Below are positions 29,601 to 40,878 of a DNA stretch of 58,029 nucleotides, in pieces (position 1 is the first letter of the stretch; every line of letters begins with the position of its first letter). Under the pieces are notes generated by a model, which saw only the letters and a list, made by a program, of their open reading frames with translations, had not been told where the DNA came from and made no database searches. Origin of the DNA: Halocafeteria seosinensis (Eukaryota); contig LVLI01000437.1 in the NCBI GenBank assembly GCA_001687465.1, positions 1 through 58,029 of the forward strand, written 5' to 3'. The position numbers were made by a program, and so were the translations under genes.

Positions 29601-32600
29601 GTATGGATTGATATCTCTGTGACTGCTGAAGTGGAAGATAGAACGGATACGATGCCGGGTCCAATTGTTTCAGCACCGACAACTATCAGATTAAACATTA
29701 TTTTGGTTAACGAGAAACCGAGGTTTCTTCCACCCACCGACTCGATTACTTTGTTTGAAAATGTTGAACAGACCGAGGTAACTGACATATCTTCTCTATT
29801 TTGTGATAGAGAAGGTAATAATGTGTTCTTCGAAATTGTAAGGGATCTGGATGGAGTTGGGCAAGGGTTTTCCTTGTCAACTGCTGGGATCCTGAAAGTT
29901 GAAAGTGCGTTCAATTACGAGGAGATTCAATCTGGAAACATTACTGTCCGAGTGCAGGATACGGGGTCCCCTTCAATGGAATCCGTGGCTATGGTTCCTT
30001 TTTACGTGATGGACGTTGCTGAGCCTCCTATTCTCGACCTTAGCTTACCAACAAACCAAATAGAGATCACTGAGTTAACGACGAGTGATGCTGGAATGCT
30101 GGGACAGATCCAGGTGACTGATGTTGACATTTATTCTGGCTCATCGTTGCGTTTTGCTTCTGAAACGTCTAGCTTTGAGTACCAGCAAACCTCACTGTTT
30201 GGAAAATTGGTGCTGACTTCACAAGGAGAAGTGTCCGTAGCGGCTGGATATGTCCCTGACTTTGAAGGCTTGTATAGGGAGCAAGATGGTTCTACTGTAC
30301 TACCGCTTGAATTTTCGGTCATTGATGTGGTCAACAATATATCGACTGACCTTTCTGTTGGAGTCAAGGTGTTGGATATCCCTGAAGCCCCGTACTTCAG
30401 CCCTCCGACCCAGAATTTCACCGTCACTATATTTTCTGAAGAAGGCGACATTTTCGGTACCATTGAAAGCGCAACTGACGATTTTGGGGACAACATTGAC
30501 ATATCCCTGTTAGATAAACCTAGAGATCTTGCGACACATGCTTATTTTGACTTTATCACTGTGAGGGAAAATGGGCGTTTGTTAATTACTCCTGAAAGTG
30601 GCCTCAATTTTACCAAAAATGACGTTGGTAGGTGGTTTGCGTTTGGTGCAACGGCTACCGATAGTCATGGCTTAACTGCAAATGGTACACATTATATCCA
30701 AGTAATAAACCCTCCGGCGGAACCATTCTGGGTGTCGCCGGAACCCTTCAAGTTAGGAGGATCGTTTGAACTGGACGTCGATGAGCATCATCAAGGAACT
30801 CTTCGATCAAATGGGATAGAATTTCGCTTGAATTGTGACGATCCGAACGATCTGGGAGTTCAATACCAAGTGTTTGCCGTTTCTCCAGGATTATTCGATG
30901 ACATTGTTGATTTGGACCGGAAAAAAGGGGTTTTGAGAGTTGAGGAGTCGTCCCTGTTGGACTTCGAAACCCTTAGTGAGAAGGGACAACTGGAGGCTAA
31001 TTTCGAAATAATTTGTGTCGATTCCTATGCTCAAAAGGCTGAACAGAGCGGTACGCTAGTATTGACTGTCCGAGATATCCCTGAACCTCCTTCCTTTATC
31101 GAGCCTTCAACTACAGTCCGAGTATCCGTAGAGGAGGACAAACCCAAAGGATATGTGCTCCATGAAATACATGTGTTCGATGAAGACGATTTAAGTCGTG
31201 GGAGGCTATCGTTTACTATTACGTCGAATGACGGAAGTACCGACGTTCCGATATCACACACTCCAATTATATTCGACGGCCACCATGCCTACGTGAACTT
31301 GACGTTGGACGCTGCTTTGGATTTTCTCGATAAGTCTTCCTACATGCTCACTGTGCAAGTGCAAGATGAAGCAAACAACGATGATACGCTTACTGTGGAA
31401 ATTGAAGTTCTATTTGTTAATACTCCTCCGGCTTTTGACTCTCCCCTTTACACCGTCTCTGCTGCTGAAGATGCGACAAGTGAGACTGTGCTCGCTGTCG
31501 ATGATGACTTCTCTTTCCAAGACAGGAGCCAACAACCATCGTATCGCTTTACTGTGACCTGGAGTGATCCTCCTGGTCTATTTGAATTTATCAACAATGA
31601 GCTACGGTTATCGAAGGATATGAGCATGAACTACGAAGCAAAATTGATGCATGAATTGGGAATCCGTGTGGAGGACGACGAGGGTTCGTTTGATGATGCT
31701 AACGTCACAGTCAACGTCACAAATGTGAACGATTTTGTGATAGGACGCGCTGCTTCTCCCCCTCACATGACTAGTGGTGGATCCTTAACTACTATCTATG
31801 GAGAAGATCTGGGCCCTGTTTGGCGTGCTGCCAAAATTGGCGTGGTGATTTCCTCGCCCGGAAGTCACATGATCCTTAGAAGCACTTGTTCTAGGCAAGC
31901 AAACGAGGGTGGGTGGAACAATACCATGATTGAGTGCCATGTTCCTCCGGGAGTAGGTGGTGGACTTGTTTGGGAAGTGACCATTGATGATGATTCCCAG
32001 ATGGCACCTTTTACGACATCTTTCGAATCGCCTGTTGTGGACGGAATTGAAGATTGGCCGAAGTTCGCAGCTACAACGGGAGGTGACAGATTTGTGGTGA
32101 AGGGAAGCAATTTTGGCCCTGCAAAACTTGACGCGGGAGATGGGAGAAAAATTCCAAACCCTGTGGCCGTTCGGTACCAGAGTAACGCAGACCCACGGGT
32201 TGGGATATTGGAAGCTTTGAGTTGTATTGTTGTGGATGACTATGTGCGTGTAGAATGTTTCACCGTTGAAGGGGCAGGGTCTGAATTACAATTTATAGTG
32301 TCTGTCGCCACGTTAGAGGCAACATGGAAGAAGACCTCGAACTGGTTTGCCCCGATTCAAACGAGTTATGCCCCTCCCTCCGTGTTTGATGTAGTGCCAC
32401 TTACTAACAGTCGTCCCACCACTGGTGCTGAAGATGCGGTAGGTTTGACTGGTGATAATTTTGGACCTCGTCTAGACTTAATTGTCGTTAGAATTCTAAA
32501 CAACTGGGTACATTGGGATACTTCGTGCCAGCGGAAGAACCACACATACCTCCTATGTGACTTTCCGGAGGGCGTTGGAGCTTATTTTGTTTGGGAGGTT

Positions 32601-35600
32601 ACGGTTGCCGATCAAGTGTCCGACAATAGTCCCCTTGATGACGCTCTCTCATACGATTCGCCAATCCTAAATAGTGTTTTGGATGTGGTCGGTCGAGTCC
32701 CAAGTGATATGGACACGGAGGGTAACGAAATTATCTATCTGCACGGTTCAAATTTTGGCCCTGGTGTGGGACCCGATGGCAATATACCGATTTCCACCCT
32801 CTACGGAGACGAACTTCAATACACTGCCGACAGCTGTGTCGTAGAGGAACCACATGTCCGCGTACGGTGCCTGACTATCCCTGGGGTGGGGAAGAATCAC
32901 TCGTGGTCGACTACAATCGGATTCCAGAGCTCAAATACTCTCGCAGGTGTGAGCAATTACCACCCGCCTATTGTAGCAACATACAGAAGACCGAACCGCA
33001 GCAGTATTGGTGTAGACGATCTTGCCACACAAGGATATGAAATCGTTACCTTGAATGGAAGATACTTCGGACCTCCGGGGACATCAGTAGACTTTGCAAC
33101 GTACGGTGAAGGCAACCTCACGTTTACAGCTATCAGCTGCGAAGTGTTATCGCACACGCGGGTTGACTGCCAGACCGCTCCTGGTGCTGGTATGAAACAC
33201 TTCTGGACCGTGCAGGTCGGAGGCCAACGCTCAGAAGTTGCTACAACCTCCTACGGGGAGCCTAAAGTTATTGGCTTTAACGGCGTCGCTGGGTCTGACC
33301 CCAAAAATCTCCGAACAGTCGGGGGAGAATTGGTGGATATCCTGGGGGAAAATTTTGGTCCTCCCGCGATGTCGGCCGTGTTCCTGGAAGCGGTTACTTA
33401 CGGACCCAATGGAAACGATTATGCAGCGCGGGGATGTTCCGTCGTGTCCCATGTTCAAATTCAATGCGAAACTGCTGAAGCGTACGGTCAGCGCCACCAA
33501 TGGATTGTAGTCATTGCCGGGCAGCGCAGTGAGCTCAGCAACGCAACCACTTCGTATGCTGCCCCGGTGCTTGAACGCGTTGCTCCTCGACATGGTCCGA
33601 CTGGGTTTGATAAAGAAAGGTTCGACATGCCTACCATTCTGATAAACGGCACAGATCTAGGAACCAACTTGGTTCAAGACATTCCGATTACGTTGTTCAT
33701 GGATACACATGGTGAAATTGAACGACTTGGAAAGGCAGAGTTGCTGGAGGAAGTCTTCGCTCTGCAACAAACTGATCCTCTTTGGCTAGACAGAATAGGG
33801 GATATTGGATTCCCACGTTCTGTGTTTCAGCAATGGTTGAGCGACATACTTAAGGTCGATGTTGATGGGAAAAACTTGCACTACATCGAGGGGGTACCTC
33901 TTTATCGCCAACAATTATCCTTGAAGCTTCCGCGTGGATTCGGTGTCAATAGACCGCTATTCCTAAAAGTAGGAGAAACATACTCTTTGCCAATGTGGTT
34001 TGATTACGACCCTCCTTATATTGAAGCTGTATCTCCTTCTATTGAAGGCGGTAACAAAGTTTCTCTCACTATTTTTGGGCGTAACTTTTGTGGGGGGGAG
34101 TCATGTGGAGACGAAACATGTTGTGGAAAACTCTATGTACAAGACGAGCTCATGGAAGTTCCAACGCATCAATATTTTCATGACGAAATTCAAATCACGG
34201 TTGACAGCGGGAAACTGAAGACAACTGGAGGTGGTACTCCGGAGGGATCGGTGCGTGTTGTTGTTTTGGATCAACCTGTTGAAAGCAATACCAAAGAATT
34301 CAAGGAACCGTTACCGGATATTCCGTTTCAGCAAGGCCGCGTACGGCTTTCCGGGTTTTCGACTGAGGGTGGTGAAGTTTTCGAGCTGTATGATATTCAG
34401 CAAATCAACTCAAACCATGCAACCCACCCAGACAAAATAATAGTTAAAATTGAAAACAAGCCGTGTACATCGCTACGTGTAACGGGAGTGATCGAAGAGG
34501 ACCTAGTCCCGCGTGGGAACATAAGTTGCATCACACCTGAGCATATGGGAGAAGACCTGCTTGTGTCTCTTTCCATTGACGATATTCCAGTTCCTCGTCC
34601 CGATGTATTCGTGGACTACGCTGAGCCCACAATTTGCTATGTATCTCACGTCGATAGTATTGAGGACGATAGTATCGGGACCACACTCGATAAATTTCCT
34701 GACTACTGTGACACCTTTGATGACGATATCCCTGATGAGGCCACGATAGGTGGGGTGCCAACTATGGGGGGCTTTGTCACTGTGCATGGCAACAACTTTG
34801 GATCGTCCTCGTTGACTCAACTGAATCCTATTGTCACCATGGCGGAGCTACAGGCCGACGCTCAGATTTTACTTCATGAGCATCGACGCTTAGATCTACT
34901 GATACCCCCTGGAGCTGGCGGGCACGGGAACTCGGCCCCCGAAGCAGACTTTATTGTGAGCGGGTATTCTTCGTCCTTTCGAATTCACTACCGAGCACCG
35001 ACGATCTTCTCAATCTCTCCATCTATGATTTCGACAAATCCTGCACCAATGGATCGTGTATTCATACACGGGATGGACTTCGGACCGCCCACCGGCTCTC
35101 TCATGGAAGTTGGACAACAGTACGTACCCTCCGTTTCCGTAAGGCTTGTTGGGCAGCTTATGGATAAGGAATGTGACGTTGTTGCTTCCAATCACACGTT
35201 TATCGAATGCATTCCTCCGGTAGGACAAGGTGGGGAAATCACTGTGACTGTCAATGTCGAGGGGCAAGAAGACTCTTCCTCAATAGACTACCACAGCCCG
35301 ATGATAGAAGATATAACTCCGAAACTCGGTCCCACAAGTGGTGTGTCTGACGGTACTCCAGTTCTTATGAATATTTCCGGGACAAATTTCGGCTTGACGG
35401 GACAAGTTAAGTTCGAAGTGACTAATCGAGGGTTCGTGTTGGAGGCAAAGGTTATCGCATACGGTCACAATCTGGTAATTGTAGAAATTCCTGAAGGCTA
35501 TGGGGATGCTGTATCGGTTTGGGTAGTCCAAGCAGGTTGGCCGGACGTTCGTGGGAGCAGCAATGTAAAACCCTTTGCCTACCTGGCACCCATTATCGAA

Positions 35601-38405
35601 GATATGCATCCTCTAGACAGCGGAGGTAACCGACAAACTTGTACCTCTTTTAAGAGGTGCAACACGTTCAATGGTAAAGAGTCATGTGTGATTGAGTACT
35701 CAGATTGCTTTCCGACTTCGGGTGATATAAGTGTTGAAATCGTAGGCAACCATTTTGGTCCTGGAACGAACTGGGTCAAAGGTGTCCCTCCCATTGTTGA
35801 GGTAGCCATTGAGGGCCGCGGGGGCACGGAACAAGTATCTGACGACACCAATAACCCACACACGCAACGCGTTTTTACGCTCCCCGAGGGTATTGGAGTT
35901 GACCTTTTGACCCAAATCGTTGTAGCTGGACGGAGATCCCCTGCGGTGGATTCCCATTTACTATCTTATGACTCACCTAGGATCACGAGCATCATGCCTA
36001 ATAACCCAGATGCAACCGGAGAGCGTATCGAGTTTCGAGGGGCTAATTTTGGACCCTCTGGTACTGAAATTGCGGTCAAATTAGGCAATGTTACTTGCCT
36101 GGATTCTTTCATTAAGACCCCGCATAGTGTTATTACTTGCGAACTCCAAGCCGGGGTTGTCGGTCCTAAACGAATTGATATGGAGATTGGGGAGCGACTT
36201 AAATCATTTCCCGAGTGGTTGGAGTTAGTAGTTACTGAATGTAAGAGAGGATGGTATGGTCTGCAAGGTGAAACCTGTCTGTTTTGTGAGGAAGAAGAAC
36301 CTGGTGCTGTGTGTCCTGGTGGGGAGAGGTATGATGACTTGACGTACTCCGAGGAGTCCTGGTGGAAAAGCGAGGATACTCCACCTTCTGATCGTTGCCA
36401 CCCGGAAAGACAGGAACGCGAAAAGTGTCCGGTGCTGTTGCCATGTGAGCCCAACTTTGCTTGCACAGGCAATAACACATGCCATAAGTCCTATTCTGGC
36501 ACTCGCTGCAGTGATTGCGCTGATGATTACTTCCGAATAGCAGGGCTATGCCAATCTTGTCCTGATCATGCCTGGCTATTGGGTGTCATGGTCGGTTTAG
36601 GTGTCATCGGGGTAGCTGTAGGAGGATATGTCATCAACTCCAAGGGGATCAGATTGGCGTCGTTTACTATTGGTGTTGATTACTTCCAAGTGTTGGCGTT
36701 ATTTGCCAGAACCCGCGTCCGTTGGCCTGATGTTATGCAGAAGACACTTCAAGCGTTATCCTTCTTCAATTTGAATTTGGAGCTTGCTGCCCCTTCTTGT
36801 TGGATGTCGCCCCCACCATCGTTTGAAACTAAGTGGGTGGCCACAATGATGGTTCCTCTGCTTGCTTTCACTCTGTTGGCTATTCTGTATGTGGTACACT
36901 ACCTGTACAAGCTGATTGTTTTGAAGAGACCAGCTCACTTGCGACATACCCATATTAACGCAATCATTGCAACAGCAGTTGTGATTATGTACGTGTTGTA
37001 CATTTTCTTGACTCGGATGACATTGGACATCTTCAATTGCGCACCGACGAATCCGCCAGATGGCAACCTGTACATGGCTGGAATGACCGATATTGTTTGC
37101 GGTAAAAGTCCTGTGCATGTGAATTTGTTACTACCGATTGCCTCCATTTGCCTCGTGGTTTATGTGGGTGCATTCCCCATAGGATCTTATGTCTTGCTTC
37201 GAAGGAACAAAGAGCGGGTGAAACATGACCAAATTCTCCGGGCCCACGGGTATGGCTATACCCGACGGGAAAATCCCAACTACGTGTTCCGTCGTCGATA
37301 CCAAAGGCTTTATCACTTGTTCAAACCTGGCAAATGGTATTGGGTACTTGTAATTTTGCTACGAAAGTTTATGATTGCTTTTACCTCTCTGATGTTCCGG
37401 GCCTCGCCTATCTACCAACTGGCTATGACTCTTCTCGTCATCTTTGCCTCGTATGTATTTCAGGTCAGACACCAGCCTTACATGAGCAGTGGTGATTTCG
37501 CAGATGTAGTCCGAGATCATGAGAAAAAGGTGCAAATGGGAGATAAGCTTCACATGCGGATCCAAAGTACGATCGACGATACCAAAGCTCGGAATATTAA
37601 GCAATCTAAGACGACTCATGGTTGGGAAAATCAAACGACGAAGATGCAACAAAAGCGCGGTAACTACTTGGTTTCTGAGAAAATAATTCAGTATTTGACG
37701 GATTTTAACACAGTGGAAGCAATTTTGTTGTCATCAGCCATATTGGTGAATCTCTTTGGTATCATGTTTCTTTCGTCCCGATTTGACGGAGAATCTATGG
37801 AATATTACCGAGGTGACTTCGAGACCCTCGGGATACTTTGTATGCTCATTGTTTCCCTGAGCTGCGCATATTTCGTGTTCGTCTTTACGTTTGAAATGCT
37901 TTCTACGTTTTATCCCGACACGGCATTGAGGTTGGCGTCTTCGTGCTCGTGTGGAGGACGGACGGTTACCGCAACAGCTTCTGACAAGGGGGCGAGGGTA
38001 AGAAAGGGCGCTCGCCCGTCCTTGAGCGGGAGACGTAGAAGCGCTGTCGTCACCCAAACCAATCCTTTGTCTGCTGCAGCAGCTGAGAAGAAAGCGGCTG
38101 GTGCCGAAGAACTTACAGACGCTGACATGATTAAACAGCTACAGAGTCAGCTCCAACAGGCTCGAGATGAAATTATTGAGCTGAAAAAGAGTCAAGACCA
38201 AGTATCCGTAAAGAATGCTTATGGTACAACGTACTCGAAGAGCAAGACAAAACGAGAATTCGGTCAATTTAGGAAACACACGAGCGGCAAAAGCCCTTCC
38301 AAGGCTACTCCTGGAATAAAAAGGCGAGTGAGTCGCCAAGTAGCGGTACCCCCCGGCGAAGGACTGCTTCCTCAGGATAGTGCAGAAGACGCAAGTCCTC
38401 AGTGA
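26674..38405 (+). CDS. Giant multi-pass surface receptor, paralog C (~3885 aa), same architecture as A and B
   Basis: Exon 1 is 26674-26862 (MERIPFSLILFCVPLCMVHA...YCCPCQ). Intron 26863-26936 (GTACGT...TACAG). Exon 2 is 26937-38405 (AGQYNDD...), in frame with the 3871-aa ORF. Motif-by-motif colinear with A and B. Confidence 0.9.
26863..26936 (+). other. Spliceosomal intron (74 nt, phase 0) of paralog C
   Basis: CAG|GTACGT donor and GTACAG|GCC acceptor. Removal bridges a frame change between the signal-peptide ORF and the long ORF. Confidence 0.9.
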
Positions 38406-38519
38406 GTGTCTAGTCACAATGATTTACTCATTCTCCTCCCTCTTGAATGGTAAACATCTGTTGTATCGACACGCCCAACTGTCCATGCATCCATACACCG
38501 TATCTCTCTATTTGGCCGA

Positions 38520-39346
38520 CTAAATACTGTCCGAGAGCACATTAGTTCTTCGGTTTTGGTGGGCTTCCTCTAATTGTGCGGTCTCTTCACGCTTCGCAAA
38601 CGAGTGCACCGCAAGCGTTACTTTTAGGCTTCTACTTGGTGGCACTTTCGGTGGCATGCCGAGTTTTCCGAAGGCATATTCCGTAGGAATATAGACTTGA
38701 GCCTTTGAACCTCGCGGAATCCGTTGCAATGCTTCTTCGATTCCTGGAGATATGACCAGCATAACGTGTGCAAAAGTTTAAGCGTGTCCTGCTGTACGTT
38801 TTCGTACCTGGAAGGAGCGCATGGACTCCCAATAAACATTTTGCAGTCTCCTTCTTGTCAAAGCTGTTGGCAATAACTTCTTTCCTGGAACCGTCCACAT
38901 CGCAAACCTGAGCCAGTTAGATAGGCACACGCGTGACTGGTACCGCCATAAATAGCTCACCTTCCCATGCTTACCGTAATTTCATAGTCAAAGTTGACCA
39001 AATCGCCCTTGGAAGCGCACTCCGTGTGCTCTCTGTAGCACATTCAGCGATGTCCATTATGAATGAAATGGCACTGGGAATTACTTCAATTTTTAAATGC
39101 AGTGGCGTACCCTTTTTCAATCACTTTGATTTGAATATGTTCCCCTGACCGAGCCGAGGTTCTGTATGAGCCTCGGGAGCTCTTTTTCTTTCTCAGAGAC
39201 GCTTCCCGCGCCTGTATAGCAGTCTCACGCTTGGGATAGTCCTCCAACCTCTCAAAGTCTGGAACCAAGGGGGGCAATAACCGGTTCTCGCTGCTGCCAG
39301 TCGGCCGCTTTCCAGAGGACGACGAGAGTCCTCCCGCCGCAGCCAT
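38520..39346 (-). CDS. FKBP-type peptidyl-prolyl isomerase-like protein (~205 aa, 4 exons)
   Basis: Exons 39346-39111, 39032-38975, 38907-38808 and 38743-38520 are joined by GT-AG introns of 78, 67 (with CTAAC branch site) and 64 nt with compatible phases. The product IKVIEKGE...KGDLVNFDYEIT...LLGVHALLPGIEEAL...KAQVYIPTEYAFGKLGMPPKVPP follows the FKBP_C pattern. Confidence 0.85.
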
Positions 39347-39984
39347 TGCACTTCTTCATACAGGGAAATGGACTCGTCCTGCCTGGTTTGCCCCGCCAGC
39401 GCTGAATTACTGCTATGTCTGTGTAACTAGTTTGTTGTAGCCCGTTGTTGCCTTGGACGTATTCACATTCACTCAACCAATTCACCGTGCAAGTACATAC
39501 TCGTGCGAGTCTTACACAGCGGGATGTTATTTTCCCATCTCATCAAAGTCAATAGGAATCTTTCCTTTATGGAATACTTTAAACAATGCTTTCCTTCCTT
39601 CCTTCCTTGCTGCTTTGTTTAAGCAGTTGATTCACTGAGTTGAACTTCATACCGAACAATCATTGTGCTCAACAGCAAATTGGAAATAACAAAAAAGGTT
39701 TCCCGGGGGGGAAGGTAGGGAAGAGGAATGTACTCTGCGTGTGTTGGCTGTATTGATCAATTCACCAGTATATTGGTCCTTTAGGAGTCAATCCAGGTGT
39801 AGGTAAGTCGGTATGTTATCTCTCTCATGTATGTAGAGTCGTGGCGTGGAGAGAAACGGAAAATAGAGAAAGTGCAAGCGTGGGGACTGGGACCAGAGGG
39901 CGGTCTGTTTGTTTCAGTTGAGTACGGGGGAAGCTGTAGGGGACGGATGGTCCCTGACCTTTTTTGTTGTTTTCAGGGGGCCAG

Positions 39985-40021
39985 TATTCATGGCGTGTAT
40001 GCTGTTATTCATGGCGTGTAT
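39985..40021 (+). repeat. 16-bp direct repeat TATTCATGGCGTGTAT x2 (period 21) upstream of RPL31
   Basis: Exact copies at 39985-40000 and 40006-40021. Confidence 0.8.
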
Positions 40022-40103
40022 AGCCTTGTCGTCACGTATATTAACTCTAATTGTCCTAATGCAGTGGAGCGAATACTCGTGCAAGCCTTAAACAGCGTGA
40101 AAA

Positions 40104-40567
40104 ATGGGAAAAACATCCACACCCCGCGATCGTACGTGTGACTTTCATTCATTCACTTTTTCCTTTGAAAGAGTCCGTGTGTATGTGCATAGAATGGCAC
40201 ACGTATTTTGTTAATGTATACAGTCCCTGTGGAGAAGGAGTTGACCGTGAACCTGCACAAATGCCTCCATGGCATTGGGTTCAAGCGCCGTGCGCCCCGG
40301 GCCATCCGCGAAATCAAGAAGCAAGCCGAGAAGGAGATGAGGACCAAGGATGTGCGTGTTGATACAGATCTCAATAAATTCGTGTGGAGCAAAGGCATCC
40401 GCAACGTACCACGCCGCGTACGAGTGAAGTTTGTCCGCCAGCGAAATGACGATGAAGAAGCCAAAGAGAAAATGTTCACCATTGTCAAACACGTCGATGT
40501 GGAAGATTTCAAGGGATTGGCCACGGCCAAAACAAATGTAGCCGTCGATGAAGAAGACAGCGAGTAA
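40104..40567 (+). CDS. RPL31: 60S ribosomal protein L31 (eL31), ~123 aa, 2 exons
   Basis: Exon 40104-40131 (MGKTSTPRD), 92-nt intron 40132-40223 (GTACGT...TACAG), exon 40224-40567. Signature TVNLHK...FKRRAPRAIREIKK...DVRVDTDLNKFVWSKGIRNVPRRVRV. Confidence 0.97.
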
Positions 40568-40878
40568 AAAACACCTATTTATGGAACCCGAGTCAGAGAG
40601 CACCAGAAAAAGGTCATTATTCCACACGACGACCACATTGCAGCCCAAGAGAAGAGACACGGTCTGCCGGTTGCTTTCTTACTTTCGTTTATTCGCTTGC
40701 TTGTTCATTTGTTCGATGTAACTAATGCAAACGTCCAACATAGGCGTCTTAATGGACCTCTGTTGGTATGTTTGTTGGTTGCAACAAACGAGAAAGGAAA
40801 GAAAAAAAAAATATGCAGCACACGCAGTTTAGGATCCAACTCATATCTATGTATGTACCATCATTGTTTATGAATCGG

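Noticed and set aside
134..38417. Numerous short ORFs overlapping or antisense to the three giant genes
   Set aside because: They are shadows of long coding frames, with no independent motifs.
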